A stretch of DNA of 64,000 nt. It comes from the human T2T-CHM13v2.0 reference genome, Homo sapiens. Shown piece after piece: positions 16,535 to 53,077 of the stretch. The notes beneath the pieces are model-generated. The model searched no databases, was not told the origin of the DNA, and worked only from the letters and a program-made list of their open reading frames with translations. Position numbers and translations under genes: made by a program. The stretch lies in NCBI RefSeq assembly GCF_009914755.1, contig NC_060938.1. One strand, written 5' to 3'. How positions within the stretch are numbered: position 1 is the stretch's first letter; the number at the start of each line of letters is the position of its first letter.

Positions 16535-16535
16535 G
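16317..16535 (+). CDS. TECPR2: TECPR2 (tectonin beta-propeller repeat-containing 2) exon 2 CDS, MASISEPVTFREFCPLYYLL...QMRKYNFE (73 codons)
   Basis: Strong Kozak gccATGG, recognisable TECPR2 N-terminus, phase-0 donor GAG|GTGAGC. Confidence 0.97.
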
Positions 16536-16752
16536 GTGAGCCTTGCTTTGCTTTTCACCTGAGGGGGCACGAGCCATAGCTGACGCTTAACATGCTTGTG
16601 TTCTAGGATGAGATAATTTACTTCTGATTTGCCAGAATATGGCCTTAATACCTCACCCAAACAATACTTTAAAACCATCTTTAGCTGAAGTGGAATATAA
16701 CTAAAAACATTGGTGTTTTTAACTTTTTCCTGCCTCCAAAAATCTAACATCA

Positions 16753-18571
<1,819 letters not shown>

Positions 18572-18744
18572 TGAGTAATAGCTCATGGATTCGACTGATC
18601 AAATTCCCCAAACATTTAAAACCATTACGTAATCTTTCAAACTGTAGTTAGGAGTTTAATAGTCTGAAATCTCTCAAATGCTTCAGACACTTTATAAGGA
18701 AGACTCGTGAATCCAACGATGAACCCCAACAAGATCTATCAAAG

Positions 18745-20172
18745 AAATCCATGCACAGAGGCACCCTAGTCACACTGCTAAAGATCACAATCTTAAAATC
18801 CGTGCACAGAGGCGTCCTAGTCACACTGCTAAACATCACAATCTTAAAATCCATGCACAGAGGCGTCCTAGTCACACTGCTGAACATCACAATCTTAAAA
18901 TCCATGCACAGAGGCGTCCTAGTCACACTGCTAAAGATCGCTGTCTTAAAATCCATGCACAGAGGCGTCCTAGTCACACTGCTAAAGATCACAGTCTTAA
19001 AATCCATGCACAGAGGCATCCTAGTCACACTGCTGAAGATCACCATCTTAAAATCCATGCACAGAGGCGTCCTGGTCACACTGCTAAAGATCACCATCTT
19101 AAAATCCATGCACAGAGGCGTCCTGGTCACACTGCTGAAGATCACAATCTTAAAATCCATGCACAGAGGCACCCTAGTCACACTGCTGAAGATCACAGTC
19201 TTAAAATCCATGCACAGAGGCACCCTAGTCACACTGCTGAAGATCACCATCTTAAAATCCATGCACAGAGGCATCTTAGTCACACTGCTGAAGATCACCA
19301 TCTTAAAATCCATGCACAGAGGCATCTTAGTCACACTGCTGAAGATCACCATCTTAAAATCCATGCACAGAGGCGTCCTAGTCACACTGCTAAAGATCAC
19401 CATCTTAAAATCCATGCACAGAGGCGTCCTAGTCACACTGCTGAAGATCACAGTCTTAAAATCCATGCACAGAGGCGTCCTAGTCACACTGCTGAAGATC
19501 ACCATCTTAAAATCCATGCACAGAGGCACCCTAGTCACACTGCTGAAGATCACCATCTTAAAATCCATGCACAGAGGCGTCCTAGTCACACTGCTGAAGA
19601 TCACCATCTTAAAATCCGTGCACAGAGGCGTCCTAGTCACACTGCTGAAGATCACAGTCTTAAAATCCATGCACAGAGGCACCCTAGTCACACTGCTGAA
19701 GATCACCATCTTAAAATCCATGCACAGAGGCGTCCTGGTCACACTGCTGAAGATCACAGTCTTAAAATCCATGCACAGAGGCACCCTAGTCACACTGCTG
19801 AAGATCACAATCTTAAAATCCATGCACAGAGGCGTCCTGGTCACACTGCTGAAGATCACAGTCTTAAAATCCATGCACAGAGGCACCCTAGTCACACTGC
19901 TGAAGATCACCATCTTAAAATCCATGCACAGAGGCGTCCTGGTCACACTGCTGAAGATCACAATCTTAAAATCCATGCACAGAGGCACCCTAGTCACACT
20001 GCTGAAGATCACCATCTTAAAATCCATGCACAGAGGCGTCCTGGTCACACTGCTGAAGATCACAGTCTTAAAATCCATGCACAGAGGCACCCTAGTCACA
20101 CTGCTGAAGATCACCATCTTAAAATCCATGCACAGAGGCGTCCTAGTCACACTGCTAAAGATCACAATCTTA
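18745..20172. repeat. VNTR: 28 x 51-bp unit AAATCCATGCACAGAGGCGTCCTAGTCACACTGCTAAAGATCACAATCTTA
   Basis: 1428 bp = 28 x 51 with no indels. Variation is confined to a few positions per unit. Confidence 0.98.
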
Positions 20173-20249
20173 AAAATAGCCAGAGAACAATGACGTATTA
20201 CCTGTAGAGGAACAATGATTTAAATGACTGTGGATTTCTCATCAGAAAC

Positions 20250-24119
<3,870 letters not shown>

Positions 24120-24586
24120 GGAAGTTGTTTTTATTTTTTTACTATTTTTAATTTTTTTAAAGAGGTTTATTTGGCCCACAATTCTGTAGCTGGAAAGTCC
24201 AAGATTGGGCAGCTGCATCTGGTGGGGACCTCATGCTGCTTCCACTCATGGTGGGAATTGGAAGGGGACCAGGTGTGTATCAAGAGATCACATGGTAGGC
24301 CGGGCATGGTGGCTCAGGCCTGTAATCCCAGCACTTCAGGAGGCCAAGACAGGCGGATCACGAGGTCAGGAGTTTGAGATCAGCCTGGACAACATGGTGA
24401 AACCCCATCTCTACTAAAAATAGAAAAATTAGCCAGGCATGGTGGCCCATGCCTGTAATCCCAGCTACTCAGGAGGCTAAGGCAGGAGAATCACTTGAAC
24501 CCGGGAGGCGGAGATTGCAGTGAGCCAAGACTGCACCACTGCACTCCAGCCTGGGTGATGGAGCAAGACACCACCTCAAAAAAAAA

Positions 24587-24672
24587 TATATATATATATA
24601 TGTGTGTGTGTGTGTATATATATATACACATATATATGTATATGTATGTGTGTGTATATATATATATCTATA
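24587..24672. repeat. Compound (TA)n/(TG)n microsatellite in an Alu tail
   Basis: Directly visible. Confidence 0.9.
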
Positions 24673-24776
24673 TCTCACATGGTCACATGGCAAGAGAGGA
24701 AGCAAGACAGGAACCAAGGATGCCAGACTCATTTTCTTTTCCTTTCCTTTTTTTTTTTTTTTTTTTTTTTTTTTGA

Positions 24777-25067
<291 letters not shown>

Positions 25068-25107
25068 TAGTATGGAGTGCTTCACAAATTTGTGTGCCAT
25101 CCTCGTG
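25068..25107 (-). pseudogene. 5'-truncated U6 snRNA retrocopy (3' ~40 nt)
   Basis: Reverse strand GCACGAGGATGGCACACAAATTTGTGAAGCACTCCATAC + A tail resembles the U6 3' end GCGCAAGGATGACACGCAAATTCGTGAAGCGTTCCATAT. 16-bp TSD CAAGGA(T/A)GCCAGACTC at 24715-24730 and 25108-25123. Confidence 0.85.
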
Positions 25108-25370
25108 CAAGGAAGCCAGACTCTTTTTAACAACCTGCTGTCTTGGAAACTAATCCAGTCCTTGGAGAGTGAGCACTCATTCACCCATGAGGAGGGCATT
25201 AATCTATTCATGAGGGATCTACCCCCATGGCCCAAACACCTCCTACTAGGCCCCACCTCCCAGCACTGCCACTTTGGGGATCAGACTTCAACATAAATTT
25301 TGGCAAAGACAAACCACATCTAAACCATAGCAGATATGATAAGTCACGTGAGCTTTGAAGGACTGTGACA

Positions 25371-25472
25371 TGGTAGAACAGCATCCACAGGCTCTACCAG
25401 AGTTTGGTGGAACAGCATCCACAGGCTCTACCAGAGTTTGAGGGAGCAGCATCCACAGGCTGTACCAGAGAT
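25371..25472. repeat. 3 x 34-bp tandem repeat (core CAGCATCCACAGGCTCTACCAGAG)
   Basis: Three consecutive near-identical units. Confidence 0.9.
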
Positions 25473-26112
25473 TGAGGGAAGCTGGTACAAATTACTGGAT
25501 CCAGCACCATAGAAGGGGACTCTGGGAGAATCCCATGTAAAGATTTTAGCTAGTCCAGGCATAGTGGCACACACCTGTAATCCCAGCACTTTGGGAGGCC
25601 GAGGCGGACAGATAGCTTGAGCTCAGGAGTTCGAGACTAGCCTTGGCAATACAGCAAGACCCCCATCTCTACGAAAGAATACAAAAATTATTCAGGCGTG
25701 ATGGCGTGTACCTGTAGTCCCAGCTACTCAGGAGGCTCAGGTGGGAGGATCATTTGAGCCCAGGAGGTCGAGGTCGTAGTGAGCCGAGATCGAGCCACTG
25801 CACCCTAACCTGGGCATCAAAGTGAGACCCTGCCTCAAAAAAAAAAAAAATTTAGCTAGTTATCCTTTAAATGTATTTCACCCATACATGCATATGCCTG
25901 CTGTGTACCTACAAAAACTTTTTAAATCTAAAATATTAACATTTGGAAAAAAAATGTATTTTGCTGGGGCCAAAATCCATACTTGGTAGCCCTGAGTATC
26001 AACAGCATTTTTTGAGCGCCCATTATATATAGGATATCAAACTTATAATTGTGGAGAATCACAAGGGAGGTATAAAATAAATTTCTTGTCCAGGCACGGT
26101 GGCTCACGCCTA

Positions 26113-26505
<393 letters not shown>

Positions 26506-27401
26506 TTACTTAACTCTAGGTAGGGATTAAGATTGGGATGGGCTGAGGGAGGAAGAGTGAAAGGGAATTACGTATTTTTTTAACTTTACTGAGGAATTAC
26601 TAGAAATTTTTGGTACATATTACACGCATAAACACAGCAACACAAAGATTTGTTTTGAGCTTTGGCTGCCAGTTATTAGTGGTTTAACCCCAGAGATGAA
26701 TTAAATATTTATGTTGTTGTTGTTGTCATTTTCATCATGAGAGCTGGCTGGGTCTTAGAATCATTTGGTACAATCCCCACTTTTTATAGATAAAGAAATT
26801 CTAAGATTCCTGCTTCAAGGCACGTATCTCTGATTGCCTAACCATTGTGCTTACTTCTTGTGAGAGGAGGTAGGCCCTCTGTGCAGTCTGTGGATTTCAA
26901 GGATATGGAATACAGATGCGTGGTCTCTTTGGAATGTCCAAGTCGAAAGTTAAAGATGCATTAACTAGTTTAGGGAAAATCTAAGATTTTATGGGAAGAT
27001 AAATAAAAAAGTTTATGCTCAAATAAATCCATGTATGGCATGATTGAAAGATTATGTTTTTAAATGAAGTTATGTTTCCTAAAGAGGAAAGCAGACCTTT
27101 TCTGTGGTAAATATAGCCTTGCATGTGTTTTCAAGAATGGTGCTTTGGAAACCATTTTTTTCTACAGAAGTTAGTGGGAGAGGGCAGATGGAAACACAGA
27201 TTCTTCCTACCTAGTGCCAAAAGCACTGAGAAAATGTTGCAAGGAGCTAATAACAAGTACAAAAATGTTAGAAATGTGTTAAATATATAGGTCTGATATG
27301 TGTAAGCATAGACCAAAAAGACTACCTGACCTGAGTTTCTAATGTTCTGTTTTGAAGTTAAACATATGATCCCTTTTCCTTAGCATTCAACAAGCCAATG
27401 A

Positions 27402-27632
<231 letters not shown>

Positions 27633-28312
27633 TAGCCAGGATGGTCTTGATCTCCTGACCTCGTGATCCACTCGCCTCAGCCTCCCAAAGTGCTGGGATT
27701 ACAGGCGTGAGCCACCACACCTGGCTGGGTGGTTGCAGTTTTAAATAGCATTCCAGGGAAGGTCTGACTGAGAAGGTGACAGTTGAACAAAGACGTAAAG
27801 AGCATGACCAACACACCATACTGACATGTCTGTATTCCAAGAAAACGGAAGGGAAAGGCACTGAGCCTGAAACATGTCTTGGATATTTCGCATTGAGAAA
27901 AGTCATGCTTCAGAATGTTACAAGTATTTCATTGGCTTATACTTTATAGACATATTTTAAAGAGGTGCAGAAAGGACAGTTTTTGTCTCACCATAGCAGC
28001 CAAGGTGCATTTGCCCAGTGCCTTCCATTGTCTTTCCCTGTGGGAGTAACTTTTAGGTCCAGTGATGAGGAGCCTGTGATGTCTGTGTTCTGGTTTGTTG
28101 ATAACATTACCATACAGGGCTTCACGGGTGTCCTTCTTAGCATGGATTGCTTCCATTCATTGGTTGCTGGAAAATTTGCTTTCAAATGTTTTTAACAGTG
28201 ACTCTTAGGGAAAAAAAATACATTTTATTAGATGTCCATTCTCCCTAAATTTACCTGAGTTCAACTGAATTCCAATAGGTTTTTTTTTAGTGTTAATTTA
28301 AAAAAACAAGCT

Positions 28313-29258
<946 letters not shown>

Positions 29259-30961
29259 TTAAAAATGCATATGAAATTGTAGTGGGTGGAATAGTCATAC
29301 TAGTGGAAAAGAGGAAGCAAATGGGAGAAGTTGCTATTAGGTAACAAAACTTATAGAGCTTTAGTAATTAAGGGAGTGTGGTATTAGCACAAGAAAAGAT
29401 ACATAGATCACTGGAACAGATTAGAGAAGTCAGAAGACCAACATGTATATGGATACTTGAGTAATTGCAAAGGTGATACGACAAAGTCTTTTTCAGTAAA
29501 TGATGTGGGACAGCTGGATATGAATGGGAAGAAAAATGAAACTGGATCCCTACCTCACTTCATATGGTGGTTATTTTGAGCACTTTAAAGTATTAATGCC
29601 ACTGTCTCTTGACTGCTGAGATTCTGCTGGCAGTGTAATTATTTCCTTTACCGGGAATTTGCCTTGTCTGTTTCTGCTTTAGATCTTCTCTAATGATAGA
29701 GTCCCTGGCTTTAGGCTTCTTCCTTCAACTCCAGTGGATATTCCCTACTTTGTTTTGTCCTATGGAGTTAAGAAAATTATTCCAGAAAAGCAGATATCTT
29801 TGTTTAACTTCCAGATCATTAAAAAGTTGTGTTAGTATTCAAACATTAAACAGATGTTCTTTGTTAGTAAAAGGAGGAAAATAGTGTAACCATTCTTAAT
29901 AATTGAATGAATTCATATTTGGTCTTAAATATTTCAAAATATTTCAGATCAATTCTTTGGTATGCTAGTGGTTTCTACTGAAGGTTAAGCTTTGACCTAC
30001 TAAAAGCAGCTCATAAAGAAAGCTTTGTCAGACTTCAGTTCCCATGAACCTGCTCACAAAGAACACTTTTTCCCAATGTAGTTTTGTCTTGTGTATGAAA
30101 GGAAAACTGCCTGCCAAGGAGGCTAAGAAGGTTAGCTGAATGCTATTGTAATGGTGAGATGTTTGTCCAGAAAACCATTCCTGACACCTTTCAAATCAAA
30201 AGCCTTTTTTTTTTCCTTAAACTTTTTGATTGCTGGATTTCTGTTTGAGGAAGTTATGTTGCTACAATGAGGGTAGCAATAAATGCCTCCTGGGAAGTTG
30301 GAAATAAAGGCAAAGGAGAGTTAAACACAATAGATGAGATCAGAAATGGGCAAAGTTATCTTAAAGAGACAGAATGGCTCCCTGGCTAGAATAAGACTGA
30401 ATTGTCCCTAGATCAAAAAAAGAAGAGAATGTGTGTGGCAGAAGGAAGAAAGTGGACTCTACACTGTGTTAGTTAGGAAAACCAGAAATTGGGCCAAATT
30501 GCCTGTTTAGTGGGAGAGATAGCTTTTGAGAGCTGTGATCCCGCTGGTGTGGCTGGCTCTGGGCAGATATTTGTATCTGAAATGACTCATGCTGTGGGAC
30601 CCTTCCTGAGATCTAACACTTACAGTGGTTTGATCAGAAATTGCACCATGCTTGCCAAGCAACTTTTGGACTAAAAGTTGCTGCCCACGTATATCAGGGG
30701 AAGAATATATATATATATATATATAGTACCTATCTTAGCATCTGATTTGTATGACCATTACTTCAATGTAAAATAATAAATTGGCTTTCCAGCTTAAACT
30801 TCAATTTCTTGTATATTATATGATCATGAGACAACCTCCCTGGGCTGATCAACAGCAGGACGCTAAAAAGATTGAGTATCTGAGTCAGGAAGGTAGAGGG
30901 CCAGACCCTACATGTAGCTAATTCACCATTGTGAATCTGCATGTTAGGTAAAACTATGGAT

Positions 30962-36310
<5,349 letters not shown>

Positions 36311-36439
36311 TAATAAGAGCTCAGCATATTCATACTTGATTGATCAGCATTTTCGTCATTAGAAATGAGGTGGGGTTTTTTTGTTTTTGTTTTTTTGTGT
36401 TTTCATTTCAAAGATTAAAAACCTAGAGAGGAAGGAGAG

Positions 36440-46160
<9,721 letters not shown>

Positions 46161-46167
46161 GGATGAG

Positions 46168-47060
<893 letters not shown>

Positions 47061-47238
47061 CTGTTTTTGTTTTTGTTTTTTCAACAGATGTAATTTCTGA
47101 CTTGTATACCTTTTCAATCAAGAATATGTATGGACTGCAGCCTGATGAAGTTTTTCACTCCTTTAGTAATGTCCTCCTTGTTTTACATTTTCAAAGCCTG
47201 CATAGTTACAGATTCATTTGTTTTCAACGTTTCCCCAG

Positions 47239-47367
47239 GGGAAGACGGAATCTATCACTGTGGTGAAGCTGCTGAGCTGCTTTGATGACCTGGTGGCAGC
47301 AGGCACAGCCTCTGGCAGGGTTGCAGTTTTTCAACTTGTATCTTCATTGCCAGGGAGAAATAAACAG
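47239..47367 (+). CDS. TECPR2: TECPR2 exon 3, GKTESITVVKLLSCFDDLVAAGTASGRVAVFQLVSSLPGRNKQ (WD40 blade)
   Basis: Acceptor tttccccag|, donor CAG|gtgagt, 129 nt, phase 0-0, continues the exon 2 frame. Confidence 0.95.
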
Positions 47368-47470
47368 GTGAGTACTCATGATCTTAACACGTGTTAACTT
47401 CTTGGCACATTCCTCATGGATTTTTAAAATTAGAAATCCTCATCTGCTTAGAAAGTTTATGCTCAGAGAA

Positions 47471-48083
<613 letters not shown>

Positions 48084-48388
48084 ATGCTCAGAGAAGCTTA
48101 ACACTGTGCTGTTTATAATTGGAGAACATTTTTGTGCTGGGTTGGACACTTGGCATAAAGTACATGTGGGTCATTTCATTTTTGCTTAATATTCTCAAGG
48201 TATGCTCTCTGTGGGTTTTGAAGGTGACTAGACAGATGGAACTTTGTGCAGGGTTCTGCTTGGAAAACGAGATTGGGAAAACCAGCTCTTCCCTAACTAG
48301 GAGTGATTGTATACCTTTTCCATGTAGCCCCAGCTCACAGCATTTATCCTTTTTTTTTCTTGTGTATATTTTTATCCCTTGTTCATAG

Positions 48389-48520
48389 CTTCGGAGATTT
48401 GATGTCACTGGTATTCACAAAAATAGCATTACAGCTCTGGCTTGGAGCCCCAATGGAATGAAATTGTTCTCTGGAGATGACAAAGGCAAAATTGTTTATT
48501 CTTCTCTGGATCTAGACCAG
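48389..48520 (+). CDS. TECPR2: TECPR2 exon 4, LRRFDVTGIHKNSITALAWSPNGMKLFSGDDKGKIVYSSLDLDQ (WD40 blade)
   Basis: Long pyrimidine tract then catag|, donor CAG|gtaaaa, 132 nt. Classic WD40 pattern H..SITALAWSPNG..LFSGDDKG.I. Confidence 0.96.
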
Positions 48521-49171
48521 GTAAAATTATTTTCAGAAATACTGTTGGCTCTTACCTTCTTACATTTGGAAAAACTATATTTATAACTTGTATTTTTAGT
48601 CAACTTGTATTCTTGATCATCATCCCTTTATAATCTCAATTGTTATTTGTAACATTTACTTTTATAGACTTATGTTTTATAAGCTTCCACTTCTATGACT
48701 AAGGAGTTGGCCTACTGGAACATTCACTTTTTTCATTCCACTGTTGTGTATTACTTTTACTTGAAAAAGAAGCTATTATCATTCCTACTTCCTTGAAAGG
48801 TTAGTAGGAGTGATGCCAAGCACTTCTGAATCCTAACTGTGGACAAGTCAGTGATTTCAATGGATGGAGGACTCTGCCAGCCACCTGGCCTGTGTGAGAT
48901 GACCTCATGTGACAGGAAGTGGCAGAGGAGGTTAGGTGGCAGTATGGTGAAGATGAAGAAACTGGAGTGCCAAGAGATCCAGGAACTAGTCCAGGGGTGC
49001 AGGCTTGCACCTCACAGAGCTTGCTTTCAAACTGTGCTTCTGCTTCGACGCCCGTGCCTTTTCCACTGCACGTATGGCTTGATGATCTGCTGGGTTTTAT
49101 TTGTTTTGTCATGTGTCTGCAACCAAACTGAACTCCTTGGTGGCACAGTCCTTTCTTTTTCTTATTTGTAG

Positions 49172-49381
<210 letters not shown>

Positions 49382-49622
49382 TAGAGACGGAGTTTTACCA
49401 TGTTGGTCAGGCTGGTCTTGAACTCCTGACCTTAGATGATCTGCCTGCCTCGGCCTTCCAAAGTGCTGGGATTACAGGCGTGAGCCACCACGCCCAGCCA
49501 AGAATTCAGCAATTATTAGCTGCATGACTTTCAGTCCCTCTGATCCAAGACTGACCTAGTACAAATATTCTCTAGTAGTAGTTCTCAAGCTTTGTAGTCA
49601 CAGGATCCCTTTACACTCTTAG

Positions 49623-49888
<266 letters not shown>

Positions 49889-50189
49889 TAGAGATAGTGT
49901 TTCACCGTTTTAGCCAGGATGGTTTCAATCTCCTGACCCTGTGATTGAAATCTCCCACCTCAGCCTCCCAAAGTGCTGGGATTACAGGCGTGAGCCACTG
50001 CGCCTGGCTGAAATTTAAAAATATTTTACTTTGAAATAATAAATCCATAACATCTGCACATAAGTGACATATTTTGTGAAAATATCTCTATAGCTCTATT
50101 TTCAAAACAGGTGAGAAGAGTGAGTGGCATTGATTTATATTTTTACAAATTTCTTTATTATCTGGCTTAATAGAAGATGGCTGGATTCT

Positions 50190-50410
50190 CCCTAATCTCA
50201 AGTAATCAGGGACACAAACACTGCGGAAGGCCGCAGGGTCCTCTGCCTAGGAAAACCAGAGACCTTTGTTCACTTGTTTATCTGCTGACCTTCCCTCCAC
50301 TATTGTCCCATGACCCTGCCAAATCCCCCTCTGTGAGAAACACCCAAGAATTATCAATAAAAAAATAAATTAAAAAAAAAAATAAAAAATAAAAAATAAA
50401 AAAATAAAAA
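50190..50410 (+). mobile_element. 5'-truncated SVA (SINE-R 3' end, SVA_F-like) with its A-rich tail
   Basis: CCCTAATCTCAAGTAATCAGGGACACAAACACTGCGGAAGGCCGCAGGG...CACCCAAGAATTATCAATAAAAAAATAAATT. Left TSD AGAAGATGGCTGGATTCT at 50172-50189. Confidence 0.93.
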
Positions 50411-51189
50411 CACACCTCACCAAGCTCAGCCACCAACTTAAAAAGGACTGGACAATACTTTTACCACTTTCCCTTCTCAGAATTCAGGCCTGTCCTCGGA
50501 ATGCTACAGGGTACAGCCCATTTGAGCTCCTGTATGGATACTCCTTTTTGTTAGGCCCCAGTCTCATTCCGGACACTAGACCAACTTAGACTGTGCCCCC
50601 CCTCAAAAAAAAAAAACTTGTCATCCCTACTATCTTCTGTCTAGTCATATTCCTATTCACCATTCTCAACTAACTCATACATGCCCTGCTCTGGTTTACA
50701 CTGCCGGTTTACACTGTTTTTCCAAGCCATCGCAGCTGATATCTCCTGGTGCTATCCCCAAACTGCCACTCTTAACTCTTGAAGTAAATAAATAATCTTT
50801 GCTGGCAGGACTGTGCTGAATCTCCTTAGGCACTCTCTAATCAGATATCCTGAGTCGTCCCAATTCTTAGACCTTTTATACCTGTTTTTCTCCTTCTGTT
50901 ATTCCATTTAGTTTCTCAATTCATCCAAAACCATATCCAGGCCATCATCAATCATTCTATATGACAAATGTTTCTTCTAACATCCCCACGATATCACCCC
51001 TTACCACAAGACCTCCCTTCAGCTTAATCTCTCCCACTCTATGTTCCCACGCCGCCCCTAATCCTGCTTGAAGCAGCCCTGAGAAACATCGCCCATTCTC
51101 TCTCCATACCACCCCCCAAAAATTTTTGCCGCCCCAACATTTCAACACCATTTTGTTTTATTTTTCTTATTAATATAAGAAGGCAGGAA
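50411..51189 (+). mobile_element. HERV-H internal 3' segment (integrase end / env-deleted region / PPT), transduced by the SVA
   Basis: HERV-H-like sequence (acacacctcaccaagctcagccaccaactt...cccatttgagctcctgtatgga...) ending in a purine tract directly before the LTR. Confidence 0.88.
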
Positions 51190-51599
51190 TGTCAGGCCTC
51201 TGAGCCCAAGCCAAGCCATCACATCCCCTGTGACTTCCACGTACGTATACGCCCAGATGGCCTGAAGTAACTGAAGAATCACAAAAGAAGTGAATATGCC
51301 CTGCCCCGCCTTAACTGATGACATTCCACCACAAAAGAAGTGTAAATGGCCTGTCCTTGCTTTAAGTGATGACATTACCTTGTGAAAGTCCTTTTCCTGG
51401 CTCATCCTGGCTCAAAAAGCACCCCCACTGAGCACCTTGCGACCCCTGCCCCTGTCCACCAGAGAACAACCCCCTTTGACTGTAATTTTCCATTACCTTC
51501 CCAAATCCTATAAAACGGCCCCACCCCTATCTCCCTCTGCTGACTCTCTTTTCGGACTCAGCCTGCCTGCACCCAGGTGAAATAAACAGCCATGTTGCT

Positions 51600-51600
<1 letters not shown>
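51190..51600 (+). mobile_element. LTR7 (HERV-H LTR), U3+R only, followed by poly(A) 51601-51632 and the right TSD 51633-51650
   Basis: Starts TGTCAGGCCTCTGAGCCCAAG. TATAAAA at 51509-51515, AATAAA at 51581-51586, then poly(A). U5 is absent. Confidence 0.92.
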
Positions 51601-51635
<35 letters not shown>

Positions 51636-52052
51636 AGATGGCTGGATTCTGCATTCAATCTGTTGCCATACATTGTTTTGATTGAAGTGTATAAAGAAAA
51701 ACTGGCTTTACACAGACATGTAGTTGGAAATGGGAGGAGTATTTTGATAGCCTTTTCAGATAGTTGTGGACATTCTTTAATAATATCCTCATATGACTAC
51801 CTCATAAAGCAAATGGTAGTTGCTTTAAAGGTTACGGTGACAAATGACAAATGGTAGTTTCTTTAAAGGTTAGTAAAAATGTGGAATCTGAAACCACATG
51901 GATGAATTTTTCCTACTCTGTTACATTAAAATCTACTTTACCCATGTTGGATTTTGTAACATTATGTATTGGTCACTTAGAAAATACTATTCACAGAGTG
52001 ATGCAGATCTTCCAAATGTTGACACTTTTTTTTTTTTTTTTTTTTTTTTTGA

Positions 52053-52253
<201 letters not shown>

Positions 52254-52674
52254 TGAACATCTGGGCTCAAGCAATCTGCTCACCACAGTCTTCCAAAGTT
52301 CTTGGATTACAGGTTTGAGCCACCGTGCCAGCTGATAAATTTTCTAATACAATATCAAAAAAATACCTTCATTAACATCAACATCATTGTAATCGGGAAA
52401 GTCTAGCTATAAGGAATCATGTCAAGTTCACAGGGACAGATACAAGTTTTCAGATTGCTAATCTTTGTGTGAGAGCAACAAATACCATTACTTGTTTTCC
52501 TTGAAGTGACAGGCTTTTTTTTTTTTTTGAGAAAATGTCTGCTAAATACCCAAATTTGAATAATTACAGCATTTCAAATAAAAATGGTGTTTTGTGAAAA
52601 AAGCAGCTGGCTCAGCTCATAGCTGCAACAGTTGCACAAGTGGTTTCCTTGAGAGAACCACTGAGTGTATTTCA

Positions 52675-53077
<403 letters not shown>

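Noticed and set aside
18745-20172. CRISPR-like array or a bona fide repeat-protein gene
   Set aside because: Units are contiguous with no unique spacers, in a human intron. The long ORFs are expected from a 3n unit, and there is no convincing promoter, Kozak context or exon boundary.
50411-51600. Independent HERV-H provirus or solo LTR7 integration
   Set aside because: No U5, no 5' LTR and no 5-bp TSD. It ends in poly(A) inside the SVA's 18-bp TSD.
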